In this document: positions 1 through 12,530 of the stretch, piece by piece | How the letters are laid out: each line of letters starts with the position of its first letter | How positions within the stretch are numbered: position 1 is the stretch's first letter | NCBI GenBank assembly: GCA_000708835.1 | Contig: DF237130.1 | Coordinates: forward strand, 96,994-160,993 | DNA length: 64,000 bases | Direction of reading: 5' to 3' | DNA from: Klebsormidium nitens | Lineage: Eukaryota > Plantae > Klebsormidiophyceae | Position numbers and translations under genes: made by a program | The notes under the pieces: model-generated | The model's database searches: none | The model's input: only the letters and a program-made list of their open reading frames with translations | What the model was told of the DNA's origin: nothing

Positions 1-3000
1 CCTCTCGACGTTGGTCCTCGCCTCCTCTGCCAGCGCCCTGACATGGCCGCTCAGGCGGAAGACCTCCTCAAGAACAAGTGCTTCGGTTGACCGGGCGTTC
101 GCAGCGCAAGTCTGACAGCTTACAGGCCGAGTGGCGATCTCAGCGAATGCCGCGCGACCTGCTCGCTCCTCCTGCCGAGCGCGTACTCGTCCGCTCAGAC
201 GGAAGAGCTCGAGCCTCTCCCATTCTGCAGACTCCGTTAGACCTTCCGAACGGAGCCTTTCTGACGTCAGCTTTCGGACTGCTGACGTCAGCTGCTCGTG
301 CACCGTTTCTAGCTGCCATTGCAGTCCGGCGACCTCTGCTGAGTGGGCGGCATCGCTCTCGGTGGCCCGAAGTGTCCACGCCTCGCGAGCTTGCACGCTT
401 TCGGCAGTTAGCACTTGCACCCGCGCAGCGTGGCCCCCAACTTCCACTTCCAGCTCTTGGTTTCGAAACTGAACTGACTCCAGAGCTTGCCGGCCGGCGA
501 TCAAATCCGCTTCGAGTAACGACACCCGTTCTGTGAAGGCTGCACGCACCGTTTCTAGTTCGTGCTCCGTCACTGCCAACTGCGACCGCAAAGTCTCCAC
601 CTGCCGGGATATGTTCGAGGCTGCGTCGAGAACCGCAGCTTCATTCCCCTTCGGTGCGGTTACATCGCCCAGCTTATTCTCAAATTCCGTTTGGATTCCA
701 GCATCCGTTCCGGTGCCTCTGTCCGCCAGCGCCAGCCCGCCTCGGTCGACCACAATGCTGTCCGTGTTGGTGCCTCGATCCATCATCTCAGCCCTCTCCC
801 CCTCGCCATTTCGCAACTTCAAAAATCCTTCCGCTGGGGCAACCGGGCGCTTTCGTGGAACCCAGTCCGCGGTGTCAAATCCAGCCGCCTTCGTGCTTAT
901 GGTGAGGTCGGAGGAGAGGTACTGTTTCACGAGGAAGCCTTCGGGCCAAGGCTCGGGCAAAGGGAGGGCGGGAACCGGCGGCTCCAGTGGGGCTGAACGT
1001 CGCAGGCTGGCCTTCAGCTGCTGAACCTGAGAGGAGGAGAAACGAACTTGGAACGTATTGGGCGAACGTTGTTCGGAAGATAGATGCGGAGGCCGTCGAG
1101 AAGTGGCAAGCCTATGACGAGCCGCTGTGTTTCATCGATGTTTTTTGTTTCGTGTGAAGGATTCCTACGGGGAAAAGATGCGAGGCGGCAGCCAGGACAG
1201 TCTCGGACATCAGATATAACTTGCTCGCCAGGTTGCTGAATTTTAACGACAGACGTGTCAAGGAACTGGACAGTTGACGTGCGAAAAAGGATCGGCACGG
1301 ACTGGAAGACACGAGATAGATAGAAGAGGGTCCTGCAACGAAGGAGGAGACGGAAACTGCGGTCGTTGCGAAAAAAGATGGCCAAACTGTCTCCTCAACA
1401 AGAACTTGGCAAGCTACATCCAACTATTGGTAAAGATCTAGAAAAGAGAAGCAGCAAACAGTCCATTTGTGATGAGTCCTTGGCGAGGATCGAGCAGAAG
1501 CGCAAACTGAGCAATGCATTCTTCTGACGTGGGGGTCGAGGAAAACATCGAGGGCTCACGTCAAATGAGAGCACCACAAAGACGATAACACACAGTGCGG
1601 CTTGACAACGGTATGATCCGAGTATCCTCCAAAGTGCGCAAGTGTTGCCGCCCTCACCTTGTGCATTTCGTGCGCCAGTTCCGCCGCGGCTGCTCGCGCC
1701 ATGGCCAACAGGCGCGCCCGCTCCTGCTCCACGCTGCGCAGCACGCCCGCCATCGCCGCAGCCATGGCGTCCTGCAAAAATGAGGCGACACCGTCAGGCG
1801 CTGCTCGCGGTTCAAGGAAGCCAGAGGAAGACTGTGGCACGCGGGCCGTAAATTAGGCTATTGTTGCTATAAGTGGGACTGGGCATGGGGCCCTCAGTCT
1901 TCCGTGCGAGCCACAGTATCGTTTTGCTAATTTCGAACACTCAGCTGCGCCGTAGTGTCCTCTTAACTCGCAACTTTCGAAGTACAGCAGAACTTCAGCG
2001 ACTCAACAAAGGGCGCGCTGTAACAATCAATGACTTCGAATTCCCACATCTGCCGACCATTCCCGCTTCGGTAACTGCAGGCGGGCCATAATAATGTCGA
2101 CATTGAGCGGATAGTTGCGCGCCCTTATGAGGCCCAATGATGCTCTTGCTTCTTTGATATGCAGGAGTTTCAAATGAAAAGGCAAACACTTGTCGCTTGT
2201 CGATGTAGTCCAATCCTGGCTCCTTACCTTCTCTTCCAGTACTGTTTGCTTGTCCTTTGCAGCCTGCTCCGCCGCCTCGACGGCCCCCTTCGCCGTCTCC
2301 CGCGCTTCCGCCCCTTCTCTAGTTGCTTCCGCCAAGTCACGCACCGCTTGTTCCTTCTGGGCCCTCACCGCCTCCACCACCCCCAGCGCCTCCTGGAGCC
2401 CATCTAAAGCTTCTGCCCGCTCCCTCTGCGCCGCAGACTGCGCCTCAAGAGCCTCTAAGCGACCCCGCTCGCACTCCGCCAAACTCGCCGCCAACGACTT
2501 TTCTTCCGCTTCCGCAGACATCATTACGCTCTGACACGTGGCGAGTTGTGCTTTCACATCGTCTACTTCAGCGTGCACTAGCGCCAGCGCAGCTTCTGCT
2601 TCTCGTACGGCGACCGCCAAAGCATGCCGCTCCTTCTCGCTCCGCACCACTTCTTTCTCTAGCCGTTCCTTGCTCTTCTGCGCTCGCTCCAACTTTTTAG
2701 CAATCTCCGCCAGCCCCTTTTCGAACTCCGTCTTTTCCTGCGCGCTCTTTTCCGCCGCGGCCGCAGCCGCTTCCGCTTTCCGCGCCAGCTCTTTCTTCCC
2801 GCGCCGGTCCCGCTCGGCATCCTTCCCCACGGCTGTCGCCTGCTTCTCGCTCGCAACAAGCTCGACATTTACGCGCTTTAGATTCTCCTCCAAACTCGCA
2901 ATTACTCGCTCTTTGGACTTTACCCCCTTCCGCAGCTTTCCCACCTCTTCCGCCTCCTCCCGCACCGCTTCCTTGTACCCCCGAACCTCCTCACGAAGCA

Positions 3001-6000
3001 CCCCCAGCTCCGCCTCCAGCCCGTCCTCTTGCTGACGTAAGCGTGACGTCTCCTGCCCCGCCCTCGCCGCCTCGTCTCGCAACTGCGCGATCTCAGCCGT
3101 CTGCATATGGAGAGTTTGCTCCGTTGCCCGCAGATCGAGCTCCAGGCCCTCGCAGCGGTCCTCGGCATCGTGCTGCAGTTGTTGCGCGTCACGAAGGGCC
3201 AAGCTGGCGGCCACACGCTCCTGAAAGAGAGCGCCTTAGGGATGAGCTGAGACGAGAGAGCAGCCTAGGAACCGAGCCTTCAAGTCTAGTGGAGAATTGA
3301 GAAAACCTTCTCAATTAAGCCGTCCATTAGGTGCCGTCCACAAACCTGACGTAGATGTCAGATTCAAAGGTGACGGCCCCCTTGCCTTGCGGACCAAAGC
3401 GAACCCGGCCCCGCAGCTGCATACTACCAATCCTTTGGATGACGGGTTTTGCAGAGCGTAACATCTCTGCTTCGAGGTTCCTAGAAGCACACAGGTAGGG
3501 AAGAAGACTCCCAAAAGTTGCAAGCATCAATAGTTGTGCATCACTGATCAATAGAGGAGGGCATCTAAGGCGTCGCCCCACCTGCTCCATGACTTCGTTG
3601 ACTTGGTCCAGCTCCGCCTTCACCGCAGCTTTCGCCCGCCTGTACTCATCCGCCGCTGCCTGCGATGCAAAACGGCTCCTCGTTCACTGACAAGTCAGGG
3701 CCTCAGGTCGGTCCTTTTAAAATAGAGATTCTGAAGGTCGAAAGGCTCGGTTTGATGAAGCAAGAAGCTTGAACGACGTCACACTTAAGGGAAGAGGCAT
3801 TTTAAGCGGCAAGCAATGACTTTAGCAGCCACGTCAGCAGCACACGCAGCGAGTGCAGAGAGCATGCGTTCTTGCTGTCTCGCCAATATCCTTTAGAAAC
3901 CCTTCGGAGACCCAATTTCCAATCACCATTCCTACTCACTCTCTGATAAAACTCTCAGGTACAGGATATGTTTCGGTCTCAGGAGAAAAGACGGCCCGTA
4001 CCTGCACGTGCCTCTTCATCTCCTCGCTTTGCTTCTCGCCCCTCGCCCGTTCCTCTGTCAGCTCCGCTGCCAATCGCAACGCCTCCGCCCGACTATCATC
4101 CCTGCCCCTCAAAGCTGCTCTCAACTCACCATCCCTCGTTTCCAGCTCTCGCCTCGCCTCCTCCGACTCTGACGTCACTTGTGCCAACTCGCCTCTCAAC
4201 CGCTCCACCAAAACCATGGAAGCGCGGTTCTGCACCGACTGCCCCTCTAGAGCTTCCAGCTCTACGCTCAGCTTCCTGAGCCCTTCGCTCTTTTCTTTAA
4301 GTTGCCCCTCGAGAGTCGCAACCCTTCCCTCAAACCCTTCCCTCTCTGCTTCGGCTTGGGTAAGCTGCGCTTGCATTTCAGCAACTTTTGCCTCCAGAGC
4401 TTGTACTGCAACTCGCGCCTCCACCTCTTTCTGCTCCAAGTCTCCCCGTAGCTTCGAGACCTCGCCTTCCAACCGCCCCTTCTCTTCAATCTTCCGCTCG
4501 AAACTCGCCACCAGCCTCAATATCTCCGCCCCGCTTTCCGCGTTCCGTTCCTCGGCCGCTCTCCTCAGCGCTTGTTCCGTTCTCAGCTCACCTTGACTCG
4601 CGCTCAGCGCTTTCTCCGTCCCCTGCAGGCACCGCAGCAGCTCCGCGATTTGCGCCGCATTTTCCGCTTCCGCTCTTTCCCGAGCCCCTTTCTCCGTACG
4701 TGCTTCCTCCAAAGCCTTGCCCACTTGTTCCGTGAGGCCCTGTTTCTCTGCTTCCGACGTCGCCTGCAGCTCTGCGAGCGCGTCCCGTGCCTTCGACAGG
4801 GCCTTCCGCAGCTCTTTCATTCGCTCGCTCTTCGCCGTCGCCTGTTCCTCCATCCCTTGTAGCGCCTCGACTTGCGAAAGCGCATCCGTTAGCGAACCCC
4901 TCAGCCCGTCAGCTTCCCTCCGTAGATCCCGGATAGCTGCCAACAGCTCTACAGGGCCTCCCGCGCCGCCCAGTGCCTCCCTCACACCGCCTAGCTCGCT
5001 TTCCAGGCCCTGTATCCGCAACCGCGCCTCTCGGTGCACAGTTTCGACCTCCCCCAAACGCTCCCGAAGCTCGGTTTCTTGACTCGTAAAGCGCATTCTC
5101 TCCGTCTCTAGTTGTTGCTGCGCCGCCAGGACCTGCTGGCCTAGCTCCACGTCTTCCAGCTGCTGATTGGTGTACTTATCCCGCAGGGCCTCGCATTCTA
5201 GCCTGCAGGACTCCAACTCCGATCGCAGCGCCGCCGCGACTTTTCCCGCCGTCTCCGCGCCCTCGACGCGCGCCCTCAACTCGTCGACCTCGCTCGCAAC
5301 CTCCGCCATGCGTGTCCCGTTCTTTTCTCTCTCTTCGACAAGCTCCACTCTCAGCCGTTCGAGTACGTCCGCCTGTTCCGCAAACTCGTTCTTTGCGGCG
5401 GCAAGCTCTAACTCAAAGTCTCGAATCTGCCCCTCCTTTTTCTGCAGCTCCGACCGATACAGCTCCTCAACTTCGTTCAACTCCGCCGCAAAGTCGCGCG
5501 CCTTCGCGGCCGCCGCCACCCGATGCTTCCGGTCCTCTTGCCGCAGGTTCTCTTCCGCCTCCACGAGAGCGTTCCGCGCCGTTTCCAGCGCCTCTCGCAG
5601 CGCGTTCACCACTCCCTCCTTCTCCTCCAACGCTTGGCTCAGGTCCGACACGTCTTGGATGACGTCACGCTCAAACCCGGCCATTCTTTCCTTCATCCAC
5701 TCGACGTCCGAAGCGCCCCCCTGCAGCTCCGACACTTCTTCCCGCAGTGCCGCAATCTCGTGCGCCTGCTCCTCCGCCACCTCTAAAAGTCTCTCGATCT
5801 CCAGGTCTTTTTCCCGAAGCTCCTCAACCCTCTTGGCATCCCACTTGGCAGATGAATCCCGCCACGTGCTCTCCGCTTCCTGAAGCGCGTCTCTGGCTTG
5901 TCGCTTCGCTCCCTCTAGCGCTTCCTCCGCCTCTGCCATTCTTGCCCGCCTGTCTGCTTCGTTCTTGGCTTCCCAACGAGCGGCATCCGCCCTGGCTTCC

Positions 6001-8560
6001 GCCAGCTCTTCTTCGAGCTGCTTCAAGCGCTCCTCCTCACCCAACTTCGCTGCCCCACTCCGATCCCGCTCGCTTTTGATCGTCTCCAGAGCGTTGCTGA
6101 GCGCCACATTCTCTGCTTCCAAACGTTTGACGTTGCCCGCTAACGCTTGGTTGGCGTCAATCGTTCTCTGCAAGATCGAGAAGAAGGGATTAAGCACCGC
6201 AGTAAAGAATATTGTCGAAATAACCAGAGCTGGCTTTGACAAATTGACCGTTTGACGGAGGTCGCTTCGATGGCTGTTGACGTTTGAGGCCCAGTTCATT
6301 TGCCCTCAGTCCTCCATGGAAGCCTTTTCCATGATGACACTGAACATCCTACTTGCAAACCAGTTCCCGCCTTGCAACGAAATTCGTCTTCCCTCCAGCA
6401 AAGTCCGAGATAAAGTTCAAGCGTCGAAATTCATATCTTAGAACAGAGAAGTAAGGGAAGGTCGAGATCTCTTCGCCATGAATGCGGAAAGACATTCCTC
6501 GCAACGATAAGAGACAGCAAGGTGCAAGGTCGCAAAAAACTTCTGAGCCAGCAGAATCTGCCTGATCGATCTCTGTGCCCAAATGAACGCTCGAAAAATT
6601 CGTTATAAGGACGAAGAAATAGCCGAGTGCAAGGTGGCAAAGTTAACTTTGTCAGTAAAAATTTGCCTGCCCGAACCCCGAACTTTCAACGGCCATCTAA
6701 ACTCCCACGGTTGTATTTCAAAGACATGCTCCATCTGACTGCAGCAAAGGAGTTCTTCATCATCCACCAACGAGAGCAAGACACAAATAGCATGGAGACG
6801 AAAGAGCAACAACGTTGAGTGTCCTGTCAACATCTTTTGAAATACCGCTGTCCTGTCCTGATAACATAGCCATACCTGTTTAGCGGCAAGCTCCGCCTGC
6901 AGGCGTGCCAGCTGCGCCTCGTGCGTCTGGACCATTTCTGTCATGCGCGTTTCCATCTCGCGGATACGTTCCCAGGCGGCAGCAAACTCCCCTACGTGGC
7001 GGTTGTTCAAAGCCTGCAGCACGATGATTTGAAAATTGGGCGTTATTGGGGCTGCCTTTGCTGGGTCAACAAATTCGGAGAATGGATAGGGACTTCAGCA
7101 GCAGATATATCAGGCTGTGTCCAAAGAAACACAACCAAAGCTCACTTGAGAAGTCTGATGAAGTCGAAGTCTGAAGTCTGATAAGAAAGAAGTGCAAACA
7201 TTACGTGAGTTGTGTGCAACCCGACAACAAGGGCGGACTTCGTCAGGTTCGCAACGGAAGGAAGTGAGAAGCTACATTCATTGGGATGACTCAGGAACTG
7301 CATACGTCGAACAATACGATCTTAACATTATCGACTCACCCTATCAAAGTAAGACCTCAGGCCCAGGGCGCACACATCATGATGCTTTTGATCGACAGAA
7401 CGTGCTTTCAACTGGAAGACTTCAAAAGATTCAAGAAGCGCTAGTCCCACCAAGAAAAGATCTTTATCAAACTCAAAGGCTTTCAAGAGGAAGCTTGGGC
7501 GCAGGCCTGCGTCCAAAAGACAGCAGCTTCTCGTTAACGAGCCGACTGTGCAGTGCGGGTTAAGGTTATTCACCTGCGTGGTCTGCTCAGTGGCCGCAAG
7601 GGCGACTTGGAAGCCCCTCGCCTGGGCGTCAGCCGCAGTGGCCGCAGCCTTCCACCTCCGTGCGCTGACTTCTGCTGCGCCCAACGCCTTCCTCAACTGT
7701 AGCAGCTCTCCCTCCGGCTCCCCCAGAACGACACCGCCGCTCGTTGTGCCCTTCCTAGTTAGTGTATTGGGACTAGCCCCCAGTTGCCACCACAAATTCT
7801 GCTTCTGCCTTGACGTGCTCTCCTCCCCAGAGCTGGCAGAAGGGGCTCCGCTCATCTCCTCCCGCAGTTCTAGTTGCTGGGAGTGTGCTGAGCTGGCGCT
7901 TGCCCTTCCCGGACTGGTGCCATGTGAGGCCTCGTCAGCGAGAAAGCTGTGTGTGCTGTCTGCTGACTCTGAGGCCTCGTCTAGCGGTTCCGGGATGTGC
8001 CTGGTCCGCCCAAGAGGCGACCGCGGCGACTCCTCTACGGGGGCGGATTCGCCAACACCTGGAAAGTACTTCATTTCCTCACCGCCTATGTAAGGACTCC
8101 CCCTACTTCTTACGCCTGGGGACTTGGATGGCTCCGAGTGAGCCCCAGCGTCTCTGCCAGACAGAGCTCTCTGATTTTCGAAGGCACCTCCGTTGTTCAG
8201 ATTCTCCTGATCATATGATGCCAGTTCGGGCCAGCCATCCTCCCCCCCCCATAACTCCTCCATGCCTGCTTCGGGCCCCAATATTTGTTCCCCCTGCGCT
8301 TCCTGCATCCCCTCAGACGTCACAGCCTCGGTAGCCTCCAGCCGGCTTGGGCGTTGAACCCCCCACACAGGGAAGCCTCGGGGGGCCGTTGGGGATCGGC
8401 CATACCTCAATCTGCCAGCTTTCTCATCGGTGCTGAATTGTTTCTGAAGGCTTGTTCCGCTTTCTACTGAGCCGTCACTAACGTCACCTTCCCGGCCGCT
8501 GCTGAGGCTTCCCCCACCTTGGCTCCTCCCCCTTGACTGAAAGGATTCCAGGTCAGACAT
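1..8560 (-). CDS. Very large multi-exon coiled-coil protein of unknown family, 3' end beyond the window's left edge
   Basis: Exons 8560-7574, 7013-6876, 6167-4002, 3659-3582, 3220-2228, 1771-1658 and 1026-1 are joined by GT-AG introns, all phase 0, giving about 1830 aa with no stop before the edge. E/A/L/R/Q-rich heptad-like sequence follows a Ser/Gly/Glu-rich N-terminal exon. Start at 8560 (MSDLESF) is a best guess; upstream exon-like pieces at 8700-9210 could not be joined in frame. Confidence 0.8.
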
Positions 8561-9794
8561 CGTGGGGGGCACCCCCCTGGGCTCAGCTTCGAAGACTTGG
8601 CGGCTGCTGTGCAGGGGTCTCACGATTGTTTGTTCCCCCAACATTCACCTGCAAAAGTGTCTGAAACAGTTTACCTCACAAGGGGGGCACAGTGCATATT
8701 TTCTCAGTGAGTTCAGGAATAGCTTAAGAAAGCTTATGGGAGTTGTGAGCTGTACATTGCTTCCAGCTGGGCCAAGACTGTGTCTAAGAATGCTGACGGC
8801 CTGGCCGCACTGCTCTTCAGTGATTTTATACCCCTGTTTACGAATCAACCTCGCTGCATGTGACTCTCCAAGATACTGTGTCCACGCAAGATCATGAACG
8901 TTCAATGACTCTGTGCAACTGTGTGGATAGAGTTTTTTCAGTAGGGTACTGTGTGATCACTGGCTACAGAATGTTCTATCCGACAATACAAGTTTGCACA
9001 CTACCTGTAAAGAGACTTGGGCAGGTAAGACGGCAATCTGCAAAGCTTTTTTGCACCATGTGGTCACCAGGATCTTAGAAAGGACTGTATCTACCTGTCA
9101 GAAATTTGAAACCAGTGCTCACCTGCTTTGGCAACAGGGAAGCAGCTCCAAGCAGGATGGCCCTGGCCACATATCCCCTGCGCTTTTTCCTAACTTCCAC
9201 TTCAGACATAGATGCTGCTCTCTGGGGACCCTGGCCAACATCCTAGTGATGGCCCACAAACCAGCTTCCACTTCTGAGAATGTTGAGACACATTCATCTG
9301 ATACATATCATGTATCTTGCTCATTGCTGCTTGCACCACCTGCTCACTGTGCACAGAATTGCAACATTCAACTGGACAAATTGGAACCTTGAATAAAGGA
9401 GTGCAATGGGGGTAGCAGCGCGCACGCGCGCGCCCTGGTGGTCAAAGGCTGAACTAAAGTTTGAAGTTTGACTTCGAGCTTTGTGGTTGAGACGGCAAGC
9501 TATAACCGTCCGATGTAAATCTGGGTGCAATCTGGCGGCCCGAAGATCCGACGTGGCACATGTCCTGAATTTTGGCAACAACTCGGGAGCCACTTGAGGC
9601 TTCATTGAAGTCGCAGTACTAGTCATGAAGCAGATACATAAAGGATGAGTTGTCGTACTTGTGCCTTGCTTCTCTAGTGCATGATGTACGCGGTAGGGGC
9701 AGGTCCTGAACATGACTTGCAGCCGTAGCAAGCTGCATAGTCAACGGAGAGGCGGCCACTCGCTTCAAACCTGGATATAGGCGCGTCTGCCCTT

Positions 9795-10011
9795 GGCATC
9801 GTGTCAAAACATGTGTGCAAGGGCGTCCGGAACTCCGAAAATCGGCCCTCGTTGGGGGGGGGCTGGTGGCCGGTTGGGGCAACATCTAGGGGCCATTTTA
9901 CCCCTAGGTAAAATGGTGCATTGAGAGGAGAGGGGGGGGCTGGTGGCCAGTTTTATTTTCGGAGTTCCGGGACGCCCGTGCACACATGTTTTGACACGAT
10001 GCCTCGATGCC
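9795..10011. mobile_element. MITE-like non-autonomous TIR element, family A (PIF/Harbinger-like), short copy
   Basis: About 48-bp near-perfect terminal inverted repeats (GGCATCGTGTCAAAACATGTGTGC...GGAACTCCGAAAAT). Flanks CTT (9792-9794) and CTT (10012-10014) match if the duplicated CGATGCC tip is included. Two internal GGGGGCTGGTGGCC motifs. Confidence 0.75.
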
Positions 10012-11440
10012 CTTGCAAAAAGAAGACGGGAAGAAGACCCTATGCTAAAACCGCTCTAGGCAGTTTCGGGACCCCTTCCATAAAACATTGAAGTCGACGA
10101 GGCCTTTCCTGGACCCCTATAGCAGTACGGAGGGTGCGCTTTTGAGTGTTTCAATAGCGAGCAACTACACCCGCGATGGTCAGAAATGGGCCGCACAAAG
10201 CAAGAGCAAAGTTACTCAAGCGTACCAATTCTCAAAGGGTCCATGTTCTGAAGCTCTAATGCAGGTGCTGGAGGAAATGAGGATGGAGGCATATCTCGGC
10301 CCTAATATAAAACTTGATGCTGCCATTTTGCAACCCCTTTACGCAAAACCAGTGTTTTAGCTTAGCTCCATATCTTAGACCCTTCTGTCGACGCGGCTCT
10401 CCTCCCTATAAGCTATGCCCCAAGTGAGAGTGACCGCCTCTCCTAGTCAACTCATTGTATATCCCAGTCTCACCGGAGTGTTGCCCGGTGGCTCAACGTG
10501 GCTCAGGGTTTATATTACAGCAAATGAACTATGATTCAGTAACTTAGATTCATGAATGAGGCACCAATGCCACATGACCATCGTCGCTTTGGAAAGGCCA
10601 TGAAGCCAGTGCAATTGCCCAGGTGCCCCCAATGATGCATGAACTTATACCATATCGCAGAACAGCAATTCAAATGCGCCCGTGATCCATGGCGTGGACC
10701 AGGGTTTATAACAACAAGTGACCATCCACATCCCATGTGCAAATCACGCGGAGCCACAACCTGCATGATCCGAGTGCAATGCACGAAACATGAGCCTCGA
10801 ATCGATCTTTACATCCGCATGCAGCGTCATGTGCGCTTAGTAGACATGGACATGCGCACGCAGTCCATGATTCGATCAATGGGCTACTAGCTCCGGATCT
10901 AAGGCCGTCAAGGACCGGACGCACTATAAACGACTACGACACATTTACATCTTTTGACCATCGAAAGATTCCTGGCCAGATCTCAGCTAGATGACACATA
11001 TACACGCAGCCAGTGCATGAGCCCCCGCTTCGAGCAGCATCTGGTGAACCATGACGGTCTAACTGTCCCGCGTGGGGTAAGCTACCGATCGGCCACTCCG
11101 CTGATTGTAACTAACATATCTGTTTGATAAGCTGTTCAAGCTGCCGGGGATCCGTCTGATCAAACGAAGATACTACTTTGCGCGCAAAATAAGCATTGAA
11201 TCCTCAATCTGGGAAGTGTGTTAGTGACCAGCGGATGCGGCCGGCCTAATAGATTGACGTCTGTACGATATAGAAGTTGCTCCGGATCAAACGAAGACCC
11301 AATCATGGAACATGGACGATCATTCAGGTCCAACTTGCAGACGCCGATAGCCTAAGGAAGATTGGTGAACAATTCAATCCTATGGTTTCACCTTTCAATG
11401 GAATAGGTAGGCGGGATGACATTTGCTCGGACCCCCTCAT

Positions 11441-12530
11441 TCATTGTTGCGCGCTGATGCCTTTCTTAGCAGTTTTCATCTCTGCCAGCAATTGGCGGAT
11501 GCCTTGTTGTCCCTTTTGCGACAGAGCTGCCTCCCACTTGCTGCCCTGAAAAGCCGGGTGCACGGGCAGAAGTGCGTTGACAGGGTCTACATGAACGGTC
11601 TTCCTGCCTGTCATCTTGTCTTTGTGGTACCTAACCTTCCCCTCAAGAAGAGCAAAGAGGGTGTGGTCCTTGCCCATGCCCACAAAGTTGCCCTGATGAA
11701 ACTGAGTGCCCCGCTGCCTCACAATGATGTTGCCAGGAATGACCTTCTGCATCACAGAAGACCATTCAGTGTCAGCCTGTTCCACCTGGCAGAAACAACT
11801 AGGTACCAAGATGAACAGCCTGGACTGGCCTCGTGGTCCCGTCGTCCTTCCGGTCGCCCTCACTTTCGAGCGCTTCAAAAGGCAACCCTTCATCAGCGCC
11901 AACGTAAACACTACCACCAGCAAGTGGTTATAAAACATGTGAAATCTGCATAACACTGACAAGGCCCATCCAACCTAACTGCGTCATCCAAGGCACGCCA
12001 CTTGGTCAGATTAAACCCCCTGACGCGCCTGTTGACAACGTCGATTGGAGTGCTGCCTTGCCCACACACTGATCGTCTTCAAATAGGACTTGAACATTGC
12101 ACTTTCAAGTTTGTTGTTGGAAAGGGAAAGGTGTCGTGAAATACCTGTCCCCCATACTTCTTCAAACCCAGGTTCTTTGGATTGGAGTCTCGGCCATTTG
12201 AGGACGAGCCCCCCGCCTTTTTAGAAGCATGCCGCACAAAAGATTGTGTGATGCTATTAGAGGTTTGTGTGATGCTATCGGAGGCTTGCGTGAGACCTGC
12301 AGAATGAAATGTCCAGGTTGAGCACTTTTCTGAAGCAGCATTCCTGCCTGGAGGCAAACAGACAAATGCAAACCCCTGGAACCTCCACCACAGCATTCGC
12401 AAAGGCCAAAAGACAGGCATACCGTGGCAAGGTCCTCTTTACCTGCTAGACACGGAAATCCCAAACTTTGTGGAAGAAGTCTTGTGCAGCTGCTCCATCC
12501 CGATCCAAAGCGTAATAAGAGCCCGCTCAT
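11441..12530 (-). CDS. RPL27: Mitochondrial-type ribosomal protein bL27 precursor
   Basis: Exons 12530-12443, 12296-12145 and 11746-11441. Signature [28 protein letters not shown]|[37 protein letters not shown]-terminus [19 protein letters not shown] resembles a mitochondrial presequence (inference). Confidence 0.92.

Noticed and set aside
533-6255. Many long plus-strand Ser/Ala-rich ORFs (e.g. 3853-4596, 5167-5883, 2538-3035)
   Set aside because: They are in-register antisense shadows of the Glu/Ala/Leu-rich coiled-coil exons.
9123-9209. Exon-like ORF MSEVEVRKKRRGYVARAILLGAASLLPKQ with a GT donor as start of the coiled-coil gene
   Set aside because: Could not be spliced in frame to the next candidate exon near 8910; may be 5' UTR.
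10461-10515. ATCCCAGTCTC plus TTTATAT resembling a plant snRNA USE/TATA promoter
   Set aside because: Poor match to RTCCCACATCG and the downstream sequence resembles no snRNA I know.
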